A stretch of 64,000 nucleotides of DNA from Phoronis australis (GCA_002633005.1 NMRA01000288.1:198300-262299), one strand, 5' to 3'. Positions 49,325 through 63,700 are shown, numbered from the stretch's first letter. Notes: generated from the letters alone by a model not told the origin. Numbers and translations: made by a program.

Positions 49325-52300
49325 TGGGTCGATATTTGGGACAGTTTCATGTAAATGGGCACAGACACAACTGCTTGAATCTAGAACGTCTTTAAGTTGT
49401 GAATTTTCGAAAGAAAGATCTACTAATTTTTCCATTTTATTTTTAAACAAAGTTTGTGTGCTGAAAGCTTACATAATTAATTGTTAATTAATTGATATTA
49501 ACACCTGGAATATTGGGGGAAGAAAGCTATCTCTGCCCCCAACCTTTCAATTGGTCGAGGGGCACCCCCACTCCTATCTCTTCTTCAGCAGATCCATTTG
49601 ATGTTTATTACATTCCTGACCCCCCTGGACAAAATTCTACTGGTTTGGTACCTGCACATTCTCTAATAACCTACTTTCATCTGCTCAGCTCTTATTACTG
49701 AGTCTCTGGCCTCTTGCTTATGATGTATTTCTCGTAATTTATATTACCTTTGCTGCCCAATTTTTTTCTTGGTTTACTCTATATTTTGCCTATGTGTATT
49801 TTTCCATTACAGTGCTGGTGTTTTTTGTTTTCAATATTTTAAAAAAGACACTTCACTGACAATTTTGAATTTGACAAACTAAGATCGGCCATAGTCAATG
49901 TCTTGCGTACTGCGTCGGCCCACACACACCCGCTTGGTGCCGCCACGATCCATGACACAATAATGGCGGCGGCCTTGGTGAATAGTCTTGTTAGCGTCTT
50001 TGGGTCAGCTGCAGTAGCGCGTACGCCCGGTCTATAGTATTTTAATCTTAAAAGATGTCTATGGATAAAATGGTCCACATAACTGAACTTGTCTTTAACG
50101 TTGACGTTTAGTGGGTTTTTAAGAGGAAATTTTCTGAATAATCGCTCCGCTATCTGGCATTTGACACCAGAAATTGTAACACCAAATAAACGCCCATGGG
50201 CATAATTCTGCATAATTTTCCGAATAGCGCCCATTTGCGTTCCATTGGGTGGGCTTATCTACGGAATTCCCCGGTACTGTGTCACGGACAATTTTTAACA
50301 ATGAATAGCTTTTAAGAAAACAGTGTTCATGTATAAAGGTACTTTTTATTTAGAACTTTTTCTCTCGTAAAGACATACCAGGGGGTGCATTTTGGTACTG
50401 TTACCCACGGGCATCTAAACAAAAAATCACTAGATGCGCAATAACGACGCTCTTAAGATTAAGAGTATCCTTGATCCGATAATATTCATAGGCTGTATTG
50501 TGTATTCAAGCCAAATTGCACATACATTGACAGGAACTTCGCCAGGAAAACATCTAGTATTTTGAGATATAGATTTATAAAATACTCCAGCTTTAATCTA
50601 CATTGAAGGCGTTTTAGTAACACCTAATTCTTATTGTCCGTGTCCGGGGTCGCTCATGGGAATTTTTGCTTGTTAATTTAGCTCGAACAATTCATAGTTC
50701 TTCGTAACATTCATCATTTTGCGTTGAGAATTATTTCGAGTACTGGATAGAATATCGTGCTTTTTCAAGCGACGTAATGTACATATCTTTTGCAAAAACT
50801 GGAGCGGAATAAATCCCACGATTTGTGGCACTTCAAGTAAAGCTGGTGTTTATAATTCGTGTTCTGCATCAGAAAGTGTCGAAACAGCATTGACTTCAGT
50901 CCTCTTTGCTTGGACAAACACACGAACGAAAAAGAGTTACAAAAATCGTTTTTTGTGTTTCTGAGAAGACATTGGATATCACGTTTTCTGGTGCGTGGTG
51001 ACCATTGCGATTTTTATGTGTGGATCGGGTTACTATATGAAGATCATCTATTGTTTTCTATAGCGTCTGATGACGTTCAAAACTATTTAAATTGAAATGA
51101 ATTTGCTGTTCACATGCGTATTCATTCTGATGGAAATTCTATCTTCCAATGAGCGTGAGTATGCGTCTTTTTCTATTTGAATTTTAAGTGAATTGTACAT
51201 ATATGAACTCACTGGCGAATTTAAGAGGAATATGAACATTGTTTTGAGTAATTCACAAATGTTTAAAACGCCAGCTATTCGTCAAAAGATAAGTTTTATT
51301 TCACACCACACTCAGGTATAAAACCGACATGAGTAGATTGTTTTTATTAAAACGAAAAGTGAATTCTGAGTTTGCGAATAAATGGCAGATCCTTAATCTT
51401 TGACTCTATGTGCACTAATGACACGCCGTTACGAGCCACATTGCTTAGCCTGAAATCAGTTCCGTAGACCGCTCTTGCAGTTTAAAAGCCTTCACTTACG
51501 GAACGAAATCCCACATTTCAGATCATCAGTCGAACCTCACCGAGTAATCGGGATCGGGATTGTAAGATCCCCGGCATACTCGCAAAACACTGGGGGTCTT
51601 GCGCGCGATCTTAATTTTCCTGAAAGAAATTTGGTCTACAGAACACGTTTCAGATCTCAGGCAACAACTAATTACCAGTTTTTTATTTTAAACGCAAAAT
51701 CACCTCAGATTTAAATAAATAAACAGCCACGTTCTAATGCCAAGACTGTGATATGAAGAGTTGAATCTTTAAAATTTGTTTTGTAGGATTGAAATCTGAC
51801 AACTCTGCGACATTTCTTATTACAACAAGCGCTACTTTGAATAAACTCACGCAGTCACGTTCATACGTGTACTTCTCGCGAGCGGGCATGGCAGCACAAG
51901 TCCATTGGTGACGACTTACGCGAAAACTTTTGCATGTAAATTTTGGTCAGATTCCGCTTTTGATCGACGAGTTAAGTGATCTGGCGACTTAAAAACGACA
52001 ACTTACCTTTTACACATCAATGAATTGGGTATAAAATCGGTAGCCTGCCAAGAGAAAGTGGTGATTTATGCAGTTTGACGAGTTATGCGATGACGAATTT
52101 TGAGAGATCGTTTGTACTAACGTCAACGCGTAGACTCTTTGAAAATGTGTGGCTTTAACTTCCCTCCAAATTCCCCCAAAACAACTTAGAACGTGAACCT
52201 TCAATTTGCTGAATTTCGCCCTGCTGGCTGGCTAAAATGAAAATCGTATAATATATACTTATCGCGACAGGGTTCAATTTCAGTTACAGACCTGAGAATG

Positions 52301-54819
52301 GCGCAACCATTTGAGACGCGCTTCAGAGTTTATTGTGAGTTTACTAGCCCTCTAATTCGGAATTACATGTAGTCTAAGCATAACCCAAATATCAATGAGA
52401 TCCTTCGTGGGTAAAAAATATCAGAGTAAAGGGTTTAATTCGATTTTTGTGGATTTTAGCCATCACTGGGCGAAACGCAGCTCCAAACAACGTGATATCG
52501 TTGAATTTTGAATTCGCTACCATTAATATGTTGCTTTTTTCGAACCACGAAGTAGTTAAGTACGGAACAAAGGCACAAAAGAAACCTCTCAGGTTATCTT
52601 AAAGCAATTCTGTAACGAGGTATCTGCCCACTTTAGACAACGCACTACACACCAGCTGTCGGCAAGAAGTTTTTTTCCTGTCCCTAGCCAACCCCAAGAG
52701 CCAGGAAGGGAAACATTTTGGTATAACCCGTATTTCACTCGAACAAAATGATCTTCGAGAGTGTGCTGTCGGCCCCTTGACGACATCCCACACATTCGCC
52801 AGTGTCAAGACCGCGCGGCCAACCGTATTAGTCGCAGTACTTTTAGCCCTTACAGCAAACCTAGCTGAAAGTGAGCTACATCAATTAAGGTTATCTCAAA
52901 CCTTATTCACAAAAATGGCCATTTTTACAACATTACGAATGTGTCTAGTAAAATGCCTTATCTTTACTCTCGGGGAACTTCAAATACAAAATATATGCTG
53001 CATAGCGAGAAAAAAAGATTTAACAGAACCACATTGGAACCGCACAACCGCGTAGATATTTGTTTACTACTTATCCGAGGTCAAAGGTTAAAGGGCTTTC
53101 AATCAAATCGAATTTCCCGCCAGGTACAGAACAGCTTCGCATATCCTTTGTCCTTTCATTCACAAAATCGCCATAAAATTGAGTCAACGTAGTGTACTTA
53201 TGGTAGAATGGCGCCGGGGAAAACAAAAACAAAACGTAGTTTTGATCCTAAGGGAGTTGTGCGTCTACATGCATACGACCGTTGGCGTTGAGAACGAATG
53301 CTACGGTCACCTCAGGCCTCTGTGGTCATGAACACAGCACGTTGTGAAAAGAGATAAAGCTTCACCCTAATTCCTTCGTTCAATTAATAAATTGACATTT
53401 CAATGTTTCGATCTCATGCTAACGGCATGCTTTAACCACTGATCCGATTTTTGTTATCCATTTCTTACTTGGTTTCGTAACAGTCTCCCAGCACGTGACC
53501 TATTTATATAAAAGTAGGTCAAACAGGTCGCGAGTAAGAGTTAGCTGGGAACGGTACGTTTTAATGATAATTAAGTTAATTACGCACTGCACAATCAGTT
53601 GACATTGCGAGTGAATTTTGAAATAGCGAACATATTTAAGGCTTGTATAGGTTATTTGTACCGAAAACAAGTTTTCACCGAATAATTAACCGAAGACTTT
53701 GAGATTTTCACTAATCCCAGTTTAATCGGCTTTTTCTCGGCTTCGGCAAATCGACTTTATTTGAACTTAGGAACACGAGTTCTCAAAAACGGCTCGGTGG
53801 ATTTCGCTGAAACTTTCCAAATTTAATAGTTAGTCATCAGTCTCATAAACGCTTTTTAGGATTTTTGATATAAAGGCCTATTTTTTGCGTAGTGTACGAA
53901 AGACGAATACGACTCCCGTTTTTTTACAAAGGTACTTAGGTTTTGCGAGTTGATTTGTCATAGAAACCAAATGAAAAGACTAATCGAAAATTCCTAACAG
54001 CGTTTTTGGGGTAACTGGTGAATTTTTCATTTCAGTAAAAAAAGTTTCATTAAAATCGACCGAGGGGTTATTTTGCTATGAATGTACCTTTCTTAAAAAT
54101 AAAATTTTGACTTAAAAAGGTTTTTCCGTAAAAATAATAACGGTACATTAATACAAATATATTTTCATGTTCGCTAATCTTTTTTCTGTCAGAAAATATA
54201 TACTTTTACTAGCTGACAAAGCTTAGTTTCTTGACATACGATTTAGAATAGAGCCCACTAAATAAGGTTGGAGATAACCTTAAGTACTTACCTTTACCTT
54301 TATACTTTTAATAACACTAATTGGTCATACACTGGCTTAAAGATGTTCCAATTTCACCCACCCGGTCGTTTTACCACCATCACTTCACACCTTTACTTTT
54401 CTGAGACAGAAACTGGATAAAGGCTTAGTCTCCCCCAGTTTAGAAACTAAAACAGACAGCTACCAGAATGTCACTCACCCCCACCCCACTCCGAAGCTGA
54501 CGAATTTTTTCGTTCAAACCACCGTCGGTAGACGGTACTTGAGAGCCAAAATTGTTTGAGAAACACATGTGGTGTCGATGGCAGGATTACTAACACCTGA
54601 TGGAAGACTAGACACGATAAACGGTCCAAACTGTGCCCGCAGTTGGTCGTGTGCCTCTAGTGGTCACTGAAGTCGAGTACTTCTTGGTCTGACCGCACGA
54701 TTGTTTCGCTTGAGCACCGCTTACGACAACAGTAGTAGGAGCAATATATCATCAGTATCAGAAGCATTATCGTTAGAAATAGTCATCAGAGGCAGTAGAG
54801 TAGTACTTCAAAATCGGTA

Positions 54820-55745
54820 GAAGTACCAGTACACAATCAGTAGCAGTACAAGTTCAAAATCAGTAGCAGTACAAGTTCAAAATCAGTAGCAGTAACATTT
54901 CAAAATCAGTACCGCTGCCAATACATTATCAGTAGAAGTACTAGTACAAAATCAATAGCAATGGCATTACCATAACAAAATTGGTAGCGGTAAAATCAGA
55001 ACAAGCAACAACACATAATCAGCACCAGTTCAGAATCAGTACCAATACCAGTACAAAATCAGTACCAGTACATAATTAGTACCAGTACCAATATAAAATC
55101 AGTAACATTAACAGTACCAGTACAAAATCAATACCAGTACCAATGTATAACCAGTAGCAGAAACAGTACATAATCAGTACGATTACCAGTGCATCATCAG
55201 CACCAGTACCAGTTCAAACTCAGTGACAGTACCAGTACATAATCAGAGCAGTACCAATACAAAATCATTATCATTACAAAATCAGTATCATTACCAAAAC
55301 TTAACCAGTACCAGTGCATAATCAGTGCCAGTACCTAATCACTACCAGTACATAATTAGTACCAGTAAATAGTCAGTACCAGTACCAGTACATAACCAGT
55401 AGCAGTACCAGTACATAATCAGTACCAGCACACAATCAGTACCAGTACCAGTACAAAATCAGCACCATTACCAATACATAATCAGGAGTACATAACCAGT
55501 AGCAGTATCAGAACAAAATCAGTAGCAGTGGCAGTAGTGGTAGTAGTACAATATTAGTAACAATGGCAGTGGCCGTATCAGTAGTAATAACATGGGATCA
55601 CTGAGAAGAAATATCACAACCATTATCAGGTATTATTATCTTTAATATTATTATCAATATCGTTTTCATTATCATAGTCATCATTTTATTACTATTATCG
55701 TTATTTCTGTAATCATAATTATTTTCATTATACTTGGCATTATTA
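54820..55745 (+). repeat. Degenerate (CAGTAC)n minisatellite followed by an (ATT/ATC)n tract
   Basis: Repeated aatcagtaccagtac and aatcagtagcagtac units. A short version lies upstream of copy 3 at ~29600-29760. Confidence 0.85.
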
Positions 55746-55927
55746 CCTATTTTTTGGAATTATAGAACGTTCCTGGATTACACAGTCACACTTGAACCTT
55801 ATTGTATTTACCCAAAATGCTGCTACAGCCCTAAAATGAGATTTTCTATCCAGGACTGTCCTATTTAAACAAGATAACTTATAATTCTTTGAAAATGAAA
55901 ATGTAGAAGGGGATGTCATTTCTACAG

Positions 55928-56082
55928 TTCCAGATAGCAAAGGGACGGAGTTCATGATAGCTTTTGGAGAAAATACGCCGGCAAATAAGGCCTTAGAACT
56001 GTTCATAACTACGCCATACATGGACGGGCCTGTCACAGTGACCATTAGCGTACCGCTAAGTGATTCAGTACCTGCCCAACAG
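55928..56082 (+). CDS. Copy 4, exon A
   Basis: ctacag| ... |gtaag. 155 nt, translating PDSKGTEFMIAFGENTPANKALELFITTPYMDGPVTVTISVPLSDSVPAQQ. Confidence 0.85.
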
Positions 56083-56094
56083 GTAAGACGTACG

Positions 56095-58360
56095 TTTCGT
56101 AAATGCCACGAAGCCTATTGTTTTGGCGCCATGGCCGTCATTTTTCCTTTCATCGGTTGTGGAGTCATAGCTGTGTTGTTTCTGGTGACATTTTTCTGAT
56201 TTTTTTCTTTGGAAAATTATCGAAAGTGCTATCGTGTCTTCTTTGTTTTTCTTTAGGTCTTACCGTTCTAGAGTTATACGTGATTTTCCGAGAACCGGTC
56301 TCTTATTAATTGAGTTTTTTGCCGTATCTTCGGCGTCCCTTGACTGAAATTTGGTATGTGGATGGATCTTTTCAAGCGCTATTATAGTGAAACCCGTTGC
56401 TTGCTACGACTTACCGATATTTGAGAATTATTGCTCAGATGACTGCCCTTTTGTTGACCAGTTAATTATAGCTGCTATGCAAGAGATCGCATTTTTCGTT
56501 TCTACGATATGAAATTTATGTACACTTTACTTAGTCAATCGGCCTGTTGCTCTTGGGCAAAATCGGACGCAAGATGGCGCTATGACGGTCATTTTTTCGA
56601 ATTATGTTTGCGAAGTTCTAGCGTTACTTTCCTTGGAAAGAATTATTCAAATTTGGTATGTAAATAGATGTCTTCAAGAGCTATCTAATACTTTGGTTTC
56701 GAAATCAACCTTACCTTTAATATTTGATTTCACCAAATGTCGCCTTTCATAGCGCTTTCTTTTGTAGGTTTTTGCTTAAAGTCCTTGTTTAAAAATGTCA
56801 ATGTGGTTCCAGTATCCGAAAATACCTACTAAATAAAATCTTATTTTCGATACCCTTCCTTTATATTCTTTTCGCCTTTCGTGCCAAAAGCGATTTTTAG
56901 CAGTATTTGGCCCTTCTCTGTGAGCGTATAATTACCGGCTGTCATTGGTTATTTCCGTACCCACATTTCCTGCTCGTCAGTTCAGGAACTTGTCCTGAAC
57001 GCCGCCATTTTTTCCTTGTAACTGAATATGCTATCACTTGCCCGAAAAGTCTTCATTATTTTGTTTCATTAGTAATATCTCGTGATTCATTTGCATATGT
57101 AGTGTATTTATAGTTTGTAGTTAGTGGTCGTTGAATTTTTTTGGAATGTTACGCGTACTTATAATGTTAAAATAGCATTGGAGTTTAGTTCCTTACGTAG
57201 GGCGGTGGAACCTAGGAACCAATATGAGTCGCATCAATTTTTTACGTTTTGATTTTTTTTTCGTTTTGAAGAAGTACTTTGCTATCATCGGATAGGTAGT
57301 ACATTCTACTCAGTAAAAATCGATCAAAAATCGGGGAAGCAATGTAAAGTTATTGCAATTTTTGTGGCGAAATTTGGGTCACTTAGTTTGGACCGCGTCG
57401 GCCATATTGGAGGACAGCGGGATAAGTTACAAGTTTAAAACTTTGTGTAAATTGTTTTCGCTAACAATTTACGGTGAAATTTAGTGAGACATATTTTTAC
57501 TTACTATTCTCCACGATTCAACAGTTTTCACCAAATTTCAGCCTCGCAGTTGTTACTTATTAAGCGATAAATGTGCTCACAATTCCCGTTGGACTTTGTT
57601 TCATTTCTGTCGGCACCGACAACATGGCGACTTTTGCTGAACTGGAAGGCATGTTCAACCTGTTACTTTGTAATTTGTGAAGATTTAACGTTGAAACATT
57701 TTGACAAACGTTGCTACAAGAAAGGAAATTTGTTCAATTTTCGTGTTTTTGGTGCAAAAATATAAGATCTATTCGAATTATTTTACTGTGAATTTCCCAT
57801 TCAGGTGATCTTACACTAAGCTAAAAGAGTAGTTGAAGTAATTTTGAAATGGTTTTTTGTTTGACTGTCAACTGCTGTTCAAGGCTTGATTAGGTGTCAC
57901 AAAATGATTCATATTTTTTAAATTTTAAGTCTCAATTGCTTTCAAGTCATGTTTTGTAACTTACTGCTTCTTAATTCAGGTTATCAAGTCAACAATATGA
58001 AGAATCTTAATTTGAGAAACAAGCTATAACAGCTTATTATTTAAAGTGACTTGTAAAGCTTCAAGCCTCCAATTCTTCTTCCTGGCAACTTCGTATTTTT
58101 TTTAAATCATGCTTGTCAAATTCTGGTGTAAGGAAGCACTATTTGGTCACCATGGTAATAGTTACATGTATTTCCACTTTTATATCATGGAAACTTTTGC
58201 TGTTGGATAGTGTTTGTAATGCTAAATGTTGTAAAGTATTGTGCATGTTAAGTTTCGTATTGTGGTAAAAGGTTGAATCATTTTGGCTTAATTAATAAAA
58301 AATGTCAACATTTTGTGTTGCACTTGTCATACTTATGTGCTCGAACGAGCCCCCTATTTG
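56095..58360. mobile_element. Probable HINE-like repeat(s) expanding the copy 4 A-B intron
   Basis: gaagcctattgtttt near the start, repeated aaatttggtatgt (~56348, ~56649) and caagatggcg motifs. This intron is 4.55 kb versus 1.17 kb in copy 3. Boundaries are approximate. Confidence 0.35.
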
Positions 58361-60635
58361 GAGAAATGGAAAAAGGTCTGCCTCAGTCAGAGAACCACGA
58401 ACTCCGAAAAACAATAGAAAACGAGACAAAATTCCACTAGAACACAGGAAGTACCAAAATTTAGCGTCTGCAATTCATAGCTCTAAACATACCCAATGAA
58501 TTTTATGGTAAAAGATAGACATTCCCAAAAATTCCAGCCTCCCCCCTCCCATTTTTTAGGCTTGGTGCGCTCATACAAAGTCTGGGAAAATCTCTGTTAA
58601 AAGCCAACAACTTTGCACAGTTCGCCAGAAGACCCCAAGTTCTAAATAAACCTCGTTTGAGCGAGCGCTGTGGCCAGCGACCAGGTAGGCCTAAGGGTAG
58701 CCTTGGCGCAAAGATGTATAGGCCTACTAACTAGCTGTACTTAGAAGATAGTCTTCATACTGGCCTTAGCTGGCACTGAGGCTGGCTATGCCAATTAGGG
58801 CTGCCGCGGCAGTGTGACACAGGACTAACCAGCCCGTAATTTTATGCAAGTGTCTGAAACTACCTTTGAATATATACGGCATTTATGATTTGAACATTTT
58901 ACTTGGACAAAACATCTTGCAAAGTACCTTTACCGTTCGCCAGTATCTCGATCAGCACCGGGTCCGATAGGCTGCGGTCCCGAGTCCGGCAAAATAATTT
59001 CTGTCAAAACTTATTTGCCACATTTCTTCACCAAATTCGATAAAATTGTCCATATTTGGATTTCATTAAAATGAAGGCGCGCTGTCGATTATTTTATCCC
59101 CGTAGGTTTGCAGGCTGGTAACAGGCACTGCTCCAGTCGCACTGACGGCGTTTTCTTAGCATGGGTTCCTGAATGAATTGTACTTCCGGGTTCGCGGTAA
59201 GTTCAAAATGGCGGTGTGTTCTTCGGGTGCGAATCGTGGGTGGCGCGTTTATTTAAGCTTTATTCGATTACGGATTGTGTATTAGCTATGGGGTAGGTAC
59301 TTCTTGAATCCTTATAACATCCTCTAACCATGTAATAAGGGTCAAGAACGTGTGATATCAGGACTTTAATGCTGCTTTTAACAATGTACTCGTGTCAAAA
59401 ATAAATTCAGATGCGCGTGCAAAATGGAGAATAATGACGTAGCACCTTGAGCTACATTCTACAGCTGCTGATATCAACGAGAGTTCATCAACCAGGATCC
59501 GAAGTGTATGTCCCTCTGACACAGCGCCACCATATTGAAAAACTAGCCCTGTGGAAACACAGTGACTGAAGGACTCCGTGTGTGTGCATCCATGCGCATG
59601 CCTTGGTCGGAAGTATACCGATCACATCGCCACCACTTGCACATGCGTTTATGCTGACTGCACTTGTTTGGGCTTAAGCCATTGAATCGGGATTCCCTTG
59701 ATTTTGTTTACTTCGATCACAGCCGTTTTAATAAATTGCAACTATTCAAGTCAAAGGTGGTCGCCTTTCCTACTTAACAGTAAACTGAAAGGATTTTCTC
59801 ATATTTCAACCAATAAAAATGACTTAATGTGATGACGTCGATTTCTTTACTTTAACCAATGATAAGCCATGTTAAACAACATTCCACAATGCTACCTTTC
59901 CGAAAGGTGAAGGAGTGTACATGTACATGTCCTTGATGAATGGCGAGTTTGTGTGGAAAAGAAATCTTTGTGTCCGACTTTGAATCAACATAAAAAACAT
60001 AATCTGAAGCTGGACGCAAAACCGCCATATGACAAAATATAAATAAACATGGTATTTCACTTGTTAAATATATTTATGTGAGCATATGGACCCGTTTTAC
60101 TCCTTACCCACCCCCCCCCCTCATTTCGGTCTATTCCATTAAGAGAACCATTTTATGCCCATTATTAAATGGAGAAAATCGGTTTCAGAATGCGGGCACG
60201 TTGTATTCGTTCGCAATGTTTGCGAGTATTTTTCTATTGGTGAATGGAGTGGGAATGTTGAATTATGAGATAGATTCCATGACTTATGGGATAAAATTCA
60301 TGAATTATGGAATTAAAAATAATTTTCCCGTTCCACAAACGACGATTTATATGCCTCAAGTGCATGGCTAATGTCTTGAGTCTGCGGAATTCAGTTTTGC
60401 AAAATGTTGAAACAATTAAACACTTAGTTTCAAATATGTAAGTCCTTCAGTGTAAATCGTGTATTTTACCTCAACAAAGATTGGAATTTTGATGATATAG
60501 ATTTGTTTAGGGAACCAGTGTGAAATAGTTGTCTTGTTGCAAACCATTAAATGAAATTTATAACATTAGTCCTGCAACGCAGATAAAGCACATTTGGAAT
60601 ATTCTGTAACCCTGTCCTTTAACGCTGTCACTTAG

Positions 60636-60894
60636 GTGAATGTTTCCGTGGGGACAATACGAAAGATATCTTTGCCGAACTCTCTACGGATGACTGGTTC
60701 AGGAACTTACGTCGGGGTTCAGAACGTTGGCATCCTCATCAAATCCACGCAGGAAATAGTAGTTTATGGCTCAAACAAGGCGGTACGCAGCTGCGACGCG
60801 TTCCTGGGTCTTCCTATTGACATATTGGGCAAGGATTATTACGCGCCGGCTTGGCCACAAACGGAAGATCAGTTCCCACATCCTTCACAACTGG
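60636..60894 (+). CDS. Copy 4, exon B
   Basis: cttag| ... |gtaagt. 259 nt, translating VNVSVGTIRKISLPNSLRM...YGSNKAVRSCDAFLGLPIDILGKDYYAPAWPQTEDQFPHPSQL. Confidence 0.88.
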
Positions 60895-60941
60895 GTAAGT
60901 GATTAGCCGATGAGTTAAAGTGGCCATAAACCCCTGTCCCA

Positions 60942-61068
60942 TTCAGTAACGTTAGGACTTCGCTAAAAAGCAAGATATATAGCGATATTACGTGAGATAT
61001 TGTCCTGTACTTTAAATGAGAACACGTGACTTAAGCAACTTTTTAGTTAGGTCCTAGCGTTACTGAAA
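60942..61068. repeat. Short inverted-repeat element (MITE-like) in intron
   Basis: ttcagtaacgttaggact..ctaaaaag versus ctttttagttaggtcctagcgttactgaa. Confidence 0.6.
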
Positions 61069-62199
61069 ACACGCCCTCTTTTCGTCACCAAAGTCAGCTT
61101 TTGACTTAAGCCAGAAATTGGTCTCAAATTTTGTTAGGAAAGTTAGAAGTGATTTCACGACTTTGAAAGAGTTGATAGTAAGTGCTTGAGACCGGGCACT
61201 TCAATTTGGATTTCCGTGCCGTGTGTCATTCTGTGTGCCGAGGATGCATGGTCTCACAAAATAACGAACCGCCAGTTAGTTGAGAGCCCAGAAATCTCTT
61301 CTGAGTGAGGAAGAAGTTTGGTCGAATTTCATAGCGGACAAAAATTCGCTTGGGCGGAAAGCGAGTTTATAGCTGATTCAAAAAACACTAAACCCTATTT
61401 TGTCGTTTTTACCAAAACTCGTATTGTATACTATTACACGTATGTTCAGTTCCACACAGAGCTAATAGCTCCAAACTATCAGCCAAACGCTCTGTCGCTG
61501 AACCAAATCCCTCGTCGTTTTATTTTTATTCTTGTCAATTATACTTAACTAATTAAAGTTATTTATGTGACCCTATGGACCCTTTTCACACCCATTTTTG
61601 CTTTATTTCTTACTGGTCCACTAATTCGATAAGTGTCCTTAGTGCCTAAGCAAGATCTCGCAAAACTCCGCGAAATATCGCCGTGTATTTTCAATGGGAG
61701 CATGTGATTTTGGCTTGATTTTTTTCTCGCCACGAGAGAGTTTTTGAACTCGAACCTGTCGTTTATTTCCAGCCTTTTTATTGGTCTGTGTTATCAGGTG
61801 TCACGAGTCAGCGCTAGGCTCTCACAGGCTTATGATTGTCACGCGTCTGAGGCACTCAAAATCAAGAAAAACCTTAAGGAGGACGTAAAGAAACTAATAA
61901 ACTGGAAAACACAAATCTGACTTCGTGCTACGGGTTTAGTTCGTTTTAAAAGCCCTTTATATATTAATTTAGTTAGAGGCGACTTTTCATTAACACATGC
62001 ACATTTCACATGGAATGGAAAAAATAATTCGCTGACCCCCAGCCCCCCTCCTCTCCTCAAATGTTCAGTTTTCAGATTTGTATCAGGCAAAGAACAAACA
62101 CGAAGTATGAACATTCGAAAAAATGGAAACCGTTTCGAACTCAGCTAAAAATGATCCACATTGTGTGACAAAGGGATTCTTGGTGCATTTAATGGACGG

Positions 62200-62645
62200 A
62201 GAATGACGACGACGACGACGACGACGACGACGATGGTGATGATGATGATGACGTGGATCAAGTGGTGGAGGTTGGGAGGATGATGACGACGACGATGATG
62301 GTGATGATGATGATGATGAATGGAGCAAGTGATGCATGAGGGGAGGACGACGACGACGACGAAGGTCGTGGTTTAGAGGGTGAAATGATGGAGGAGAGGG
62401 ACGAGTAGGAGGAGATGCAACAGGAGGATGATGACAAAGAGGAGCACGATTATTAGGAGGTGAAGACAGGAGTGCAGGAAGATGACGGTGATGATGAGGA
62501 GATTGAAGAGGATGAGNCCATCCTCCCCCTTTCCCTCCGTCCCTCCCTCTTACCCTGCCTCCCCTATCCATCCTACCTCTCTTCCCCCCACCTCTCCCTC
62601 CCTCCATCCATCCCTCAATCTCCCCACACACTTTCCTCCCTCCCT
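62200..62645 (+). repeat. (GAC/GAT/GGA)n tract, assembly N at 62517, then a C/T-rich tract
   Basis: Expanded version of the purine-rich tract that precedes exon C in copies 1 (~415-530) and 3 (~32325-32445). Confidence 0.85.
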
Positions 62646-62788
62646 GACACTACATGTACGCTAGAAATATCAAGGTCTCTGTTAAAAATGACATGAGTGT
62701 AGCTTTTCTCCTGATATGCAGAAAAGAAACGTATTAATTAGAAACTTCAACAAGAATTTCGATTCGTAAGTCTTTTATTCCTTTTTAG

Positions 62789-62999
62789 CTCCAGTCCAAA
62801 GATGATTTAACCTGCACTCGTGTCCAGTCAGACAAACCAGTTGCCGTCATGTCAGGCAGCAAGCGTACATCTATTGCTAAGACAGGGCGTTCTTCTGATC
62901 ACATAGAGGAAATGATTCCGCCGACATTGTCTTGGGGAAAACACTTCATAACGGCACCATTTGCCAAAAGAACTGGCGGTGACATTTTTCGAATATTAG
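62789..62999 (+). CDS. Copy 4, exon D
   Basis: ttttag| ... |gtaaga. 211 nt, translating LQSKDDLTCTRVQSDKPVAVMSGSKRTSIAKTGRSSDHIEEMIPPTLSWGKHFITAPFAKRTGGDIFRIL. Confidence 0.87.
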
Positions 63000-63289
63000 G
63001 TAAGACCTCTCTGCAAGACAATCTACAAAAAAACGAACATCTTGAAACATGTTACCGAGTGATCTCAAAAGGGAACCCATGAAGTCGAATTAATCTCATA
63101 AAGTCATTATTTTTTAAGTTTGTTAGACTGAAACTTCTGTGTTTGAATTATCCGTCTACGAAGTTGTAACCGTTTAAGTCATTTTGTAGTAAACGTTTCT
63201 TCTTTCACTAAATAGACTTAGAATTTATATTTTACACAAAGTTTGTGGCTCATTTTTGGTCACTCTGTGTAATCAACTTGCATTTACAG

Positions 63290-63454
63290 TTTCTGTCAAC
63301 AACACTGAAGTTCAACTATCGTCAACACTTCACAAAACCAACACAACAGTGAAACTCGGACTTGGAAGGTTTCAACAACTAGATGTGCCCTCCACTGAGT
63401 TCTACTACATATCAGCCTCAGATCCAATATTGGTCGTTCAATATTCCAAAACAG
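63290..63454 (+). CDS. Copy 4, exon E
   Basis: ttacag| ... |gtacct. 165 nt, open. Confidence 0.87.
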
Positions 63455-63700
63455 GTACCTATGCAAGATTTCAAAAAACGAATATTCATATCTTATTTCC
63501 AAGCCCGGGCTATGACACAACAAAGACAGGTCTACCTTAACCTGGGAAGAAAATTGGTTATGCTGTAAAAGTTACATTTTTAATGTAGTCGCATGGTTTG
63601 CGTTTCCAGCGCGTCAGTAAAACAAATATGGAGAGTACGTAAGTAACGTGTTACCAGATTATTATTACGGAGTAATGCAGTTCTAGATATTTAATTTCAG

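Noticed and set aside
62083-62631. 182-aa His/Arg/Ser-rich minus-strand ORF
   Set aside because: Translation of microsatellite tracts spanning an assembly N.
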